A stretch of 64,000 bases of DNA from Phoronis australis (Eukaryota; Animalia; Phoronida): contig NMRA01000022.1 in assembly GCA_002633005.1 (NCBI GenBank), positions 110,877 to 174,876 on the forward strand, given 5' to 3'. A model generated the notes under the pieces. The model was not told the DNA's origin, made no database searches, and was given only the letters and a program-made list of their open reading frames with translations. Below, in pieces: positions 27,299-58,600 of the stretch. The stretch's first letter is position 1. Each line of letters starts with the position of its first letter. The position numbers and the translations under genes are program-made.

Positions 27299-27360
27299 AT
27301 GAAGGTTGAAGACCGGGACACAAACTTTTTAAAGCTTGTGTCCCGGTCTTCAACCTTCAT
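27299..27360. repeat. Palindrome/hairpin with perfect 25-bp arms and a 12-nt spacer
   Basis: ATGAAGGTTGAAGACCGGGACACAA - ACTTTTTAAAGC - TTGTGTCCCGGTCTTCAACCTTCAT. Confidence 0.92.
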
Positions 27361-28639
27361 GGCAAATCCTCTCCTTACAGGTAGTCTGGATTAAACTGTC
27401 GAGTTCTGCCACTTGTGGAGTGGTAGGACCATGGGAGCAAATGCTTGAGACCAAGGGGTCAGATTCTAAAGCTACTTTAGGACTGAAATTTGGTAGAGAC
27501 TGTCCTTGGTCTTTGGATTTGGTCTATGCTCCCAAATCACAATTGCTGAAAAAAAGTTTAGTCAAGTACTTATGAATGCATGGCATCGCAGTAACTAGCA
27601 GTTATTTGTTTATTCTAAGAAACTCTACTTTTGCACAAGTGAGATTCGATTATTTTTCTGAAACGGCTGCGTGGAGTGTAAGACAAAATTTCTGACTTTT
27701 AAGTTTTTTGACGTTAATTCTTCTGAAAATGGACGAAAGGACTCAAAAGTCCTTAAGTCATTTCTCACAACCCACTTAGGTAGGATTGCTATCATGTGGT
27801 AACTCCGATGTTGCTGTTGAGGTGTCACATCAGGGTGAAAGGTTAAAGAGAGTTATGATGAGTTTGGATATACACCAATTCCTGATGGGAAAGTGACATT
27901 AATGGAAATTTTATGTCGAGTGACGTAGAGTCTGTGCCGCTCATTGGCAGGTTAATGCATATTGAATACTTAGTAGGAGGTTGTTTGTTGTCTTAATTGT
28001 TTAAATGTTTCTGTTAAGTAGACTATTTTCTCAAGGCGCTAAACGCTATTCAGTAACGATCTTTTATCATGATTAGATCTGCAGCTCGTTAGACTTGAAG
28101 CTAGTTAGCCTTTGGAAACGGACTTGAGTGACACTTTTCATTCAATTTTTTGGGGGGATTTGCCGAGGATCAACTGTTGTAGGACAAGTCTTCTGTCTTG
28201 AATGCGCCTAGTGTTTTCTCTTTGCAATCATTGAACTTGTCATTACATTAGGGGATGATAACGAGAAGTTCTAGCTAAGAATTGATTTTCTGATTGGGTT
28301 AGTGACACATGAGCACTGTACTTTTGTTTTGTGGCAATGGTTAGGCAATGCTGGCTGGAAAGTGCATGCGGTTAGCTGCAAAATTATTGAATTTGTATCC
28401 CTGAAAATATAGTTATTTTTGAGAGTAGATAGCGTGTAAAATTTCGTTTCGGTCTGCATTTGATTTGGTCACATGACCATTGCTTCTTTCTAAAATTTAA
28501 CAAAACAAAAAGTATTTTTGGGGAGGGGCAGGGCTCCTGACTAACAATGCATGATAGCATAGTCTCAGTTGACCAGTGTCTATTTTTTAAAAGTACATGC
28601 TTCCTCGTGGTGATTCACCTTTTGAAATATAAATATATA

Positions 28640-28870
28640 AAAATAATTGCAGGCAGCCCGATACACGTTGTACCAGACGCGCGCAGGCCGCGCATGTCGG
28701 CCCATTGCACTGATCACCTGGAACCATTTTTATGCTTTAGTAATATGTATATAAAATGGGCTGAGGAGCTGGAGACCTTACATCAGGGCTTAGCAGTGTG
28801 ACCCGGTGAGACTCCAACCCACGACCTCAAGTAAAGAAAGCAGGCACCTATCCCACAAGGCCACAGCGCC
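28640..28870 (-). mobile_element. tRNA-derived SINE (degenerate)
   Basis: On the minus strand, an A-box-like TGGCCTTGTGG (28863-28853) and a B-box-like GGTTGGAGTCT (28819-28809) at tRNA-like spacing, followed by a GC-richer body. The 3' boundary is approximate. Confidence 0.5.
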
Positions 28871-31800
28871 TCTTCCATGTTCCAAAATGCTGTAAGCCTG
28901 TCTTGTGCCAAAAAGATTTAACACTGACTTTGACTGGTTCATTACTCATGTGGTAGGCAAGTTTTGTGCCATTGAGAAGATCAATTTATTGCTCCAGACC
29001 ATGCACTTAAATTCTTATGGCAGATGATGGACAGAGTTCACACCTTTGACTGACGTGATGGTCATCTTGGTCAACGTGGTGGCTGACCAGGTTGAACATC
29101 ACTTGTTGATCCGTGGTCTTCACAAGGCCGTATACTATAGCCAGTGTGTCGTCAATGGTGACAGAGGCTTCTGCTTTAGAGCGAGTTACCATTTTCTTGA
29201 AATGCAAATAAACTCACCTCTTGGCTCATGTCTGCGACAAATTAATCGTTGGGATTTTGCCTCGCGACGCGGTTAGGCAAATGTTTCATATCCTTCGTGC
29301 TTAGCTGATAGCTTCAATGGCCAATGATTGCATCACCTGACATTAGCAAATCTCTCATTCTCTCATTGTAACCCTGTGTACTACATTTACGATGATTTCT
29401 ACTACAGTAGTTTACTAGTCGGTGAACATTTTGCTTCACTGTGTATAAGATACGTTCTCATAGCTCACTGTCTGTGCTTATCCTGAGCAACTGAGCAAGT
29501 TCAATTTGCCTGATAAGCCAATCTCTCAGTAATTACCTGCTAGTGGCAGATGGGGCAAAAGGGATTAAAAGCATCAAGTTATTGTTTATCAATGACCACA
29601 TTGTTGTCAAAGGGCCAGAACAGATAGGAGCTGAGAGCTCAGCTGGCTTCCTCAAGAGTAAGTTGGTTGAGCTTTAGGCATGAACATTTGAATGAATTAG
29701 CAGCTTGCTCGTTCACTTTTTGTTCTATCTTCATGCTTTGACATGAGCTGTTGGCTCTGCTAACTTTGGCGTGAGGCGACCAGATGAGCTTGTAGGAGTT
29801 CATGGTCTGCGTTGACACACGTGTCACCTCTTCTCTTCATCTCGTACAATAAGAACTCTCTACTGTTATTAGACCATGGAAGCGTCTTTTTCCTGACCCA
29901 ATTCTAAATTCTGCTGAACAAACAGGCAAAGTTGCTGAACAGAAAAAGTTGCGTTATTCGTGGATATTTGCAATGTTGAATTTAAGCGGCTGATTTGATA
30001 CTACAGCACAACAGTGGTAATTTGAGGGCATGAAAGATTATTTACTAAAAAGTGCAATCTTGAACCTCTATATCCAAACCACAGGAATGAACTGTAGATG
30101 GCGCTGAAGGTTGTCCACCAACTTCACTATGATTTAATGATCTAAAGCGAATTTCATCATACTACCCCATACAATGGAAGGGACTGTATCGGAAAATGAT
30201 TACATTCAAGGTCTTTAATCTATAGATTGCCTGAGATAATGCTAGAGTTCCCACTGACTCTACCACCCCATTAACTGATATGTAGTTTACATGTGATTGA
30301 TGTTTTTTTTTGGTCTTGAGAACAGTTTCCAGGAAGCCACTTTCCGTGACTAGCAATCTAAGCAATTAATACCTGCAAGTTGTTAGGTGACTATAAATCC
30401 GAACTCAAGGTACATGGAAGTTGTCTGTCGAGCTATTTGCTGTATATATATATACTAGGTACTTCATGAGTGACAGCCAGAGAGTTTTATAGCAAAGTGT
30501 TTTCTAACGCTTGTCATAAAACCTATACATTGACTGTGCTTGTAGTTACTTTGTTCAGATATTTATATTTTACTACTAAAGCATTTTATTTCAGCTGTTA
30601 TCTTGAATTTCCTTGTCTCTTCTCACATAAGAATTTTATATAGTTTAAGTTGAGTTTAAAATTGCAACGTTACATTGCAATAACTTTGCTGCATGGTAGT
30701 TTTGCGAAAGCTTGAGTTTACCTTGACTCGCCTCCAGTACCTGATACTCAGTGGGAAAAGGTCTTAAGAAAAGTACACATATGTTGAGAGCCAAGAATGT
30801 TTAATCTGCTCTTGAGGTTCAATGACTTGTTGATTGATGAGGTACATTAATTCTTCGCTTATTTACATAGCACACATTGTGACCAACAAGTGGAATTTTA
30901 TTTTCCATTGTAAAATTTCTCAAAAAGTAAAGATTAAGAACACTTTAGTCTATTAGAAACATGGATCAGCATGCAGATGTCATAAAATTACATTTCATAT
31001 TATTTGTGTACAGCCTTTGAAAAATGGAAATAACCTATTAAGCTTGTGCAATATAAGTTGAGAATTACTATTAATAGTTTATTTTGGTTTGCACGATGAA
31101 TTGTGAATTTTTTGTTGCATCCTGGGTGTCTCCGAAGGTCATGTGGCTTTGGGTGTGAGTGTGCATGTACCTGCAGTGCTGAAGCTTTTGACCAATCCTT
31201 GTGACTACCAGTGGTCTGTGTTGCCAGTGCACAGGTAGCCATCATTCTGTTGTGTGAGTGTTCTGTTACTCCTATCATTTGATTGTATTTTGGGGAGTGT
31301 TGTCCCATGGGAGGAGGTAATGAGGCCAATGGAGACTGAATTTTCAAGCAGTTAGACTGGAAGCTTTGTGAAAGTTATACTCTTAAGTAGGGTTGGCTTT
31401 ATATTTAACATTAGTCTTGTTTCTCCACAACACAGGCTGAATGCAATAAGTAGTGTGCCTTACTGTGAAAAGAAGCGTAAGGGTCCATTGCAATTGAGTT
31501 GTCCTCTAGGTGCACACATGCGCAGATCTGGTTGTATAGTACTCTGAAGGAACTGAGACTTGTGGGTTAACGGCATTCCTTGATACACCATCTTATCGTT
31601 CTTAGTAATGACCATGTTACTGCGGTACATTTTATTGGTCTACTTACGACAATGCTCCGCTTATTCGCACAAAAATAATTGCCAACCTTGTCATTTTCCA
31701 TTTTCTAAAACTAATTCCCTGAAATTAGTGGAAAATTTACCATCAACACACAGTATGAACCATGCTAGTAATTAGATTAAAGATTTAAATTTTTTGTAGT

Positions 31801-34800
31801 GGAGAAATTTGACAACATGCGTAGAATTTCACTTGTCGACCATATTGTGTGCTAAATAAGGAAATAACTATGGGGGTTACTTGTAAGTTGTCCTCTCTTC
31901 GATTGTTCCACTTTGTTTCATTTCTTTGTCTGTGGGAGTGCCTTTTTCATGACATTTGCAATGTCTTTCACAATAGGTCATGAAAAGGTGTTAACATATA
32001 ATAAAATATGAATTCTAAATAGCTTTTGACTCGGAATGGGTTCTTTGTTATGCAGACGTTACACCACAAGCTACTGCTATGTGACTCACATAATGCTTAA
32101 AGCACTATTTCTTGCTTTAAATTGTTGTAGCAATGATTTGTGCAAAGGTTGTGTACAAACAATAGGTTCACATTCTGGTGTATTCAGTTGTATAATGCAG
32201 TATTCCATGCAACAATCACGAGCAACTTAATTCCATGAAATACTTTAAAATTATTATATGATACTTTTTCTGTCCTCTGATTGGCCTAGGAACCAGTTCC
32301 TAGGATTGGCTAAATGGCCTATTCTGTTTTGAGGTGAACCTTGCTATCTGTAAACTGACCAATTGCACACTACAAAAACCTGTAACCAAAGTTAGTCAGC
32401 ACACCACAGGGGAAGGAGGCGTCACTTTTCTATGTGTGTATTACCAAACAATAGACCGGCATGTCCACAGACCATGTAACCTGACAGTGCCCTTGGGATC
32501 AGTCTATATTTGCAAGTTACCTTTCAGGGCTACTCTGTACCTTGCAGGAAATGGTAAATGTCACTGTTCTGGTAACCCTTACCCTGAGCCTCAACTTTAA
32601 ACTACAATTACTCCGTACAAGAACGTGGTTATACGCAGACTGTCAGGTTTATGTATGATGTCGCCATCAACCCATTGTCTTCTTTACTGGTCTTTCAATT
32701 ACTAAAGATGAGGGGAAAGTGTCTTCATCTGCCGCATGGGTATTTTTTGTGCCGTTAAAAAGTCGCCAAACCCAGGCCCTCCTTACCTGTGTACTAAAAG
32801 CAGGTAGTAGTTGCTGACCTTTAGCCTTCAGCATTCTATTGTGAAGCGCATAAAGGGATGAAAGGCTTGTCTGGGTTTCTAGGGCAAGGCTTAGAGGACA
32901 AGGTGCACTTGCAGGCTAGTGAAGTTACATTTGTATTGATGATGCGTTTTTAGAACAGGTTTGTTCTGTAACGTTTCGGGAAATTTCAACAAAAGTAAGT
33001 GCCAAAACTATCGTTTCTTCTAACTCACTTCATAATGCTAAAAATACACAGAATTTCACCTTGGCCAGGGCTGCAGTTGGCAGTGGCACTTAATGATCCC
33101 ACCATTGTGCAAATGAAGGGGTGAAATTTTCTGGTTATTTATTTTGTCAAGAAATCTGATAAAATTTGGTAAAAATCTTCAGTTTGAGACAATGGCAAGT
33201 TTATTTCCAAACTTATATGCAATACTTGGCTGTCCCTTTATGTTGGCAGCTATTTTTAACGATTTTATGGATTGTCAAACCTATTTTCGGGCTTCTTTCG
33301 TTCAAGACCCTGTATCAATTATTTGAGATATATGATGCCAAAATCACCCAATCTTCAGAATCAAGGAAATTCATTATTCTGCTTTGAATTTAGGTGTACT
33401 AAATTTTAGAGATATTTCCAAACTGGAGAATTTTTACCATACCATTTCAATATGCCACCATGTTGTGGTCTCAGTTTGAGATGCTATACCTATCCTAATC
33501 TTACCCCTGGCTGCACAATCCGATTTTGCGATTTTGCTTATATGACTTACCTATGGGAGATAAAATGTGTTTTAAGAAACCATGGTGATGGAAATCAGAG
33601 TGGGTTCATTGAGGTTTAGACACTGGTGTATTCAGGTGGGAGTTATGTAACATCTTGATCTGACCTTTGCTATGTAGTGTTGTGTTATTTGCAGAGTTGA
33701 GGTCAATAGGTTCAGATTTGGAGAATGTTTCTTAGTATCTGGCGAAGCTGTTAGTTCACGAATTCATTGTTATAAAAAATGGTTATTCCGAATCACGCCT
33801 GAAATATAGTTTAAAGTATTGAGAAGTCTTATTTTTATTTTGGGGCAATAGAAGACGGGGAAAGAGTCTTGAGACCTGACGGCAAAAACGTACTGGTAAT
33901 TAATGGTAAAACTTAACAGTTGATATGTGTAGCAAGCCAGGATTTCATTATCATAACTTCAAATGGTTTTGGTTATCTTTTTTCGTCTGTTTTTTGGCTA
34001 GTGACCCAGGGTATTATGGTACGAGACCATTACTGGAACAGAGTGAGCTAGTAGGTGCTAATGGTGCTTTCCCCCGAAACTAGAATAAAAGTGAAGTTTT
34101 GCCTCTAATGGGAAAGCGACTTTATATGTTGCACTTCTTAGATTTTAATGACTGGTTTATTCACCAAACTGGTTTATAATTAATTCAAATGTGATGATAA
34201 ACATTATATTTCCATTTGCAATGTTTTACCTGTAATGATAATGCAGTGTCGAGATTGCAGTACAACCGGCGTGGCGCCTTTCTTTGCTATAATCCCATAC
34301 ATGAATAGTGATAAAGCAACCCTGGTTCTATCTGAAAAATTCCACCAAGTTGTGATTGATGGCTTAAGTGCAATAACATGGATTTTCAATGTGTCCCCAT
34401 CAATCTTCATTCATCCTAAATTAATAGCGTCTTAAGGGTTTTATGAGTAAATTCTCGAGTTTGATTTTAATGTAGTCTTGAGTTCGATTTTGATGTAGTC
34501 TCCTGCCGCATTTAATTAACGTGTGACTAGCTTTGTTCATATTGGCTTAATTGAAGATTGTCTTTTAAATTGACAGTTCCAACATGCCAGCAAAGCTAAT
34601 AATTCCGGCCATTCGAGGAATTGAGTATTTAAAAGTAGAGTGATAGTTTGAGAACAACCCAAATCAACTACTGGAATCTATGGTTCTTGTTTGAATCGAT
34701 GAGACATCTGCAAGTGAAACTAAAGAGGGAGTAGTTAGGCTGCAATAACGTGTGAATGTACTCAAAGGCTTGATTTATTGGAAATACCGCGTGCCATGCG

Positions 34801-37800
34801 ACAGTACGTTTGATTCCCGTGGACTCGTTATGAGGTATTAGTTGGAAATAATGTGCTAGCATTTTGAGAACCAGTTTTCTCTAGGAAATTATTTACAGAC
34901 ATCTAACTGGTTATCTAGATTTGAGGACATTATATATCTGACTATTGCCCATTTTGATAATATGGCTCTATATAGTAACAGTTTCAGTGAAATGTGACCA
35001 TAAACACCAAGAGAATCTGTTGCTATAGTATGCTTGCAAAGAACATACTGGGTTTGGGCTTGCATGACTTGACTGCATTTGTCAGTACTAGTATCCATTA
35101 GGAGCTCCGGCAGTGCTTGCAATTTTTGATTTGCTCTCAGACTTTTTCATAAATCATTTTTATAATGTTAGACGCCATGAACTTGCACTTCTAAATGACT
35201 TCATGTTTCGCAATCGGACATTGTGGTACGTTTTTTTAAGAATTAATTTTTGTCATTTCTTTAATTCATGATTTGTTCTTGCGCAGTAATGTATATAGAT
35301 TTCATGCCGTTGTTTTTTGTGAGAGCTCTTTGGAAGATATGTTCTGGACAATGCTCCTATGTTTTGAATTGGGGAAATTTTTAAAAACACTTAGTGGTTA
35401 ACAATGAATTTAGAAAATGAAAAATTGTAATTTTTGAACGTTGGTGAGAGTTTAGCATGGTAATGCCTTGCTGGTTAATCAAAGTAAAAATACTCCACAC
35501 AAGAATTGCTAATTTTTCTAATTTCAAAGGCTAAAACTGTTTCAAGTGTATAAAGTTTACCAAATGTTTTTTTGTGATACCTGTGCCATACATGCATGTA
35601 CCACGTTGACGTAAACATTTGGTTTTGATTTATTTTTTGAGAACAATGTCGCAAAGGTGAATTATGTTAACAGTCAAAGCAGTTCCGCATTTTGTGAACC
35701 AGTTTTCTCCATAGTATGGTAAGCATTAAACCCGTTCTCAAAATGCGGGATCCCTGTTGAAGTGACTGTTGCTGAAAATTTTTTATTACCTTTGTGCTCC
35801 AAATGTTAAGAAATGAATGCATCCCATTGCTATATGTTTCTTTTGTGATGTTTTAAAAGGATTTTATTATGCAGTCTGGGCTCCACTGACCTATTATAAA
35901 GTAGTCATATGCATGGCCAGTCATTGATCTATAAGACTGCACTCTATGAAGATGTATTTGATTCATTTGCTGATAACTGTATGTTGCTAGACTAGTGTTG
36001 CTGATATCTTCATACTTTATGAGCTCATAGTTTAGTGCTTGGTGGAAGAGGAAACACTCTAGTGTTTACCTTGTAGTATTGTGCTGTGGGCTAAGTATTC
36101 AGGAGTCTACATGGTACTTTTTCTTACATTAATGACTGGGTTATCTGTGCCTGTGTTGTGGCTGACTTAAAGGGGGTGATGAAAGTCTACTGAGAGTTCT
36201 TGATGTTGAATTCTGTAGGATAATATGCTCAGGTTTTCATAGAGTTGAACCCAGTGCTTGACTCTGTACTTTGACAAATTTCTAGTTCACCATGACAAGT
36301 TTGGGTAACCTGCTGCGATAATGTTTTGAAAAGCAGTGCGACGAATTCCAGCTCAACTTGTGAAGGGAAACTTTGTATACAAAAATTTGATGCTATTTTA
36401 CGAATCGTCTTATTTCATTGAGTTGTCTCAGCATTGGAAGCGTGCTATTGCTAAGTTGCTGCCTTCAGTCTCACCAGTAATACGTAGAGCAATATGGCTG
36501 ACATGGGAAATTTAAATCAGCTATATACCTGTGTTCTATCTGCAGACTTTTTATTTAGATTAGTTACGTCTATGAAATCGGTCTTTTTACTCTTGTGCCT
36601 TGCTCAAATTTGAAGTAGTTTGTGAGTTCGCAAAGAACTGCACTGCTTCTTGGGACCTGATGCTTAACACATAAAACAAACAGCCGTCTTAGTGAACCTA
36701 ACTTTCCACCAACAATGAAGTTCAGTTCTTTCGAAGCTCCAAAATCAAAAAATTTGAGACCAGTTTTTAATCGAAAGTTGGTTTTTGTGATAGAAGGCTG
36801 TTTTAAAGTCGCTTAAATCGTCTAATTTTTTGAAGAGGTTTAGCACACCATTGATACTGTCTCATAATATTTTTTTAAAATCTGTGGGCATTCACAGCAG
36901 TGTTGGATGGCCTTGAGATGTGAAAGGAGAGAAAGATTGGTGATTATGATTATCTGAAATACCAAAGCCAATGATGTTACCATTAATCGGGTTCTCTGTT
37001 GTTAGATTCGAACACTTTGATTGTAAATGAATATATTGGATTCCCATGCGATGCGGAGTTCTTATGGTGTTTTTCTATTAACTTGTCTCTCAATTACTGG
37101 AGATTTAGATTCCATTGGAAAACACACCAATAGAGAGAATTGCCCAGGCAATCAGGTTTGCTGTGTGGTTAATTCTAAGATAAATGTTTCTCCCTAACAT
37201 TGATTATTTGAGTACTAATTCAGTGTGCGAGCTGCCACCGTGTTTGTCAAGACGGAAACAGAATAGTGGTTCTGTTTGTTGTGAAGATAACCTCATGTGT
37301 AAGACCATGTGCCTGGTTTTAGCCGAGACAATCGTGTCTTCGATTCTTCTTACGGATATTCAACTTGAAAGTGATCTAGGCTGATATTTATATTACCGGT
37401 AGTATCAGTGTTTTGCTCTTACATAAATGCGGCATCGCTCCCGTAGATATGTGCTTGTCAAAATGATCTCTGCTTGTTGCAGATGGCGTATGTGTACTGT
37501 ATTGCATGGTTGTGGTGTTGACATGTTTGTTAACTGACCAATCAGAGCTCACTTGGTTGAAATAATGTTTGAATTAACAGTATGCGGTTTAGGAACTCAT
37601 TTGTAAGAAGTTCCGTAAAGCTCTAACGTAAGGTCGAAGAAGTTTTGTAAAGCTCAGATGTGAGGTCGATATAAAATCGCATTTTTTCGTGTCTCTCTTT
37701 ATGTCACAATAGTAGTTGGGGCGGAGCGTATGTCCACCGAAAATGGTAAGGGCATTTAGCAACACGTGGGTCAGCACAGTTTTATTGGAAGAATGAAATT

Positions 37801-37907
37801 TACCCCGATCTTTATTTATTTCAGTTGGGGTTGTATTAACAGACTAGATCACTAGACAACGCAACAAATAAAGAATTTCAGAGGCTTGACTGAAGCAGCC
37901 TGTCAAG

Positions 37908-55642
<17,735 letters not shown>

Positions 55643-58600
55643 TGTGGGTTAGGGGACACTAGTGGCTTAGAGTGGCTCTGCTTTTTGGAAGATAAGATGT
55701 GAACAAAAGAAAATGATATTTTAGGTTTTATCTGTTGACTGGAGGCATGCTGTGGCCTGTGTTATCAAAAAGGTTGAGTTTTATAGTGCCAAGGGGAGTT
55801 GCACTGAGCAAAAAATGATTGGTTGGAAAAATGTGTCATGCAATGGCATCGCTGAAGTTTTCCTTGATGTCCATCGCATGATGTTTACACTACTCAATCC
55901 TGTACTTTTTGATCGAATGAATGAAAGTGAGAACAGTTGGACTTGTATTAACTTACTAAGGTTCTCATCAATGTGTCTGCTCTGTTGGGGCTAATTGACT
56001 AATTTCTTAAAATAGGACTAACAGGTACTGTGGCTATTTAGAGCATTCATAGCTATTGTTTTATTCAGATTCAAATGTGATGAACACACAGTCGGGCTGC
56101 CGCACGAAAAGTTAAATATAACTTGCGCATGTAAGAAGACTTGTGTTAAACCATTGTTTTATTTTGATATTATCTGAAATAGGTCTAGTAAACATTATTC
56201 AAGTTACTTGCATATTTTTGTTGACTGGGAAATTTTTGGTTGCTTTCCCATTTTATTGTGACTAAACTTTTTTTGAATTCAGTCATTAATCAAGAAACAC
56301 ATTAATGTTATTTTAGTGACCTTGAACTGGTGAAGGGAAAGCTTGGATCAACATGGAATTTAGCGAAGTAGTAATTTGTACATACCTTCATAATCTTGTT
56401 AACTGAGGATTCTTGCAAAATTTGGTTAATTACATTTGACAATTTATGACCTTAGTGTTGTCGCAGTGATATTTTTCTGTATATTGTAGGAACTCTTATT
56501 ACGTCTGCTCCGTTCAAGATAGGCTTTGAGGTGGCATGGCTCCGTCTGTCCACTAATTGTACATAATAATGATCGTGTTTGTATGCTTTATGTAAATTTG
56601 CATAGTCCTATGAACTGTGCCGCGATTATGATGTCTTGATTTATTAAACATGTCAAGATAAGTATTTGATAGACATGTTTTGTCTGTGTTGTCAGCATAG
56701 ACGTGCCTGTATTCCATTGTACATTCTGTTTGTCTCTTTGTTTCGACTTTTTACTTTGTACGTTTTATTGTTTTACATATTTTCTCAATCCATTTGTAAT
56801 CCGATGTCAAAGGAATGGCATTAAATTAGTAGTAATTATTAATTACAATGCAGAAAGCCACTGAATGGCGATTTTCTAACTACTTTCATATCTCTTAACG
56901 ATAGTCTTAACCAGTTTAGGCTGATATAGACCAGTCTTCTGTGATAAAAATTTACTTAGATCAACAACCATTGTAAAACTGGTCTCATACTTTTCTTCAT
57001 TAAGATTAGGAGTGATTTTGGGTTTTTAGAATAACACTATGCTGGATACTAGGCTTTGGGAGCCGATTTTAAGTGTTCGCTTGTATTTAGTGTCGAGCTT
57101 GGTCTGAGGCAAAAAAGCCAGTAGGTGGTTCTTGTCTGTGATTGGTTGTCTGGAATACTGATGTGTGGGTGTGGTTCTAACCTGTTTTTTTATCAATTAG
57201 GGTCATTAGGAGGTCATTGTGATCTACTTGACCCACTTTTTTAAAACTAGTTCGGATGCATTTGTATTGCGTTCTAGAACTTTGGTAAAATGATTCAGAC
57301 AAGTACTATTTCTTTTTAATCGGTGAGTTGCAGCTTTCAATATGAGATGCGGAACAAACCAGAACCAAATCGGCAATTTGGCCCAACTCCAAAAAGCATT
57401 TCTAATGTGAGTAACAAACAACTCGACACCACTTCCATTGATGAAACTTAAGTCTTCAGTTCGGTAGTGATTTTCCAACTGCTTAACTTCCAATTCCAAA
57501 CTATAGAAAGTGTTGGACATAAGTTTATTACATTCCCAGAGTGCAGAGCAAATGACAAACTGTCAATGCTGCTTCTAATTTTTGACGCATCATGTTTGTA
57601 AAAGTGGCTATAAACTCGCGTTCTATTAAATTAACTTTTAACTTTTGATTTAGACCACTTGCGGCTGTATAGCTGACCTCTGTTAAGTCCAACGGGTATT
57701 GGTTTGTGGACTCAGAAAAAATTGATTGGCGCTATTGGTCGAGACCATGCACGGCGTATGAAACGATCCGCTATGACATGTGGACTTATAGAGCCTGGAC
57801 ACAAGGAATAACAAACTGTGAGGCGTTCTCAAGGCTTAAAAATCACCTTCCTAATCTATTTTGACAGGAACAATTTGTGGCCAATTGCATAACAGCTAAT
57901 GGTCTAAATCAATTGGTGATGGAAGGCTTGTTGATAGTCACACCATGCAATCTATTCATTGCTTTTGTTTAATAGTAAGCTGCTATTAGAGCAGCTGGAA
58001 TTAAATTGAAAGTCAATTATCTTTTGAATGTAACTGAGCTTTAACTAATGATTCTCAATTTTTATGCTCAACCTTTGTTTTTCATGTACATTCCCTTGTT
58101 GATTGGGGACGTGTGTTTTTTGGATATTTTTGTGTACATGTATGTACAGTTTTTATTTAACTTGTCGTATTATCTCTGTGTGCATGTAACGGACTAGATT
58201 ATCGTATTTCATCACATATCCTGATCTTATATATCTAACAGTCAATATTCAAATAATATTTTTATTGACCCTGAAGTTGTTATTTTTGTAAAATGCCATT
58301 GGTGTTGTTTATAATAACTAGACTTTGATTCAAAGACTATTGATTCAAAGTATAAACAAGAATTCAAAGTAATTTAGAAATACATGTCTATTAAATGTGA
58401 AATACAATAAATAGTGAACATCAAATCTAACATTCTAACGGTAATCATAAATACAATAACTTTGCAATAATACACTCAACGTTTTGTTCCCACAGTTTTC
58501 ATTTGAATTAGATTTGACATGATTGACAGCTCAACTCTACATTTTGATATGTTTAGCATAGACGGAGGGTTCAAATTTTAAAAAGTGTCCACTGTAACGT

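Noticed and set aside
28800-28870. tRNA gene candidate
   Set aside because: The boxes are degenerate and no cloverleaf forms; it is better explained as a SINE head.
29007-29276. Overlapping ORFs on both strands with somewhat coding-like composition
   Set aside because: No recognisable domain and no coherent splice partners, so a nested gene cannot be supported without a homology search.
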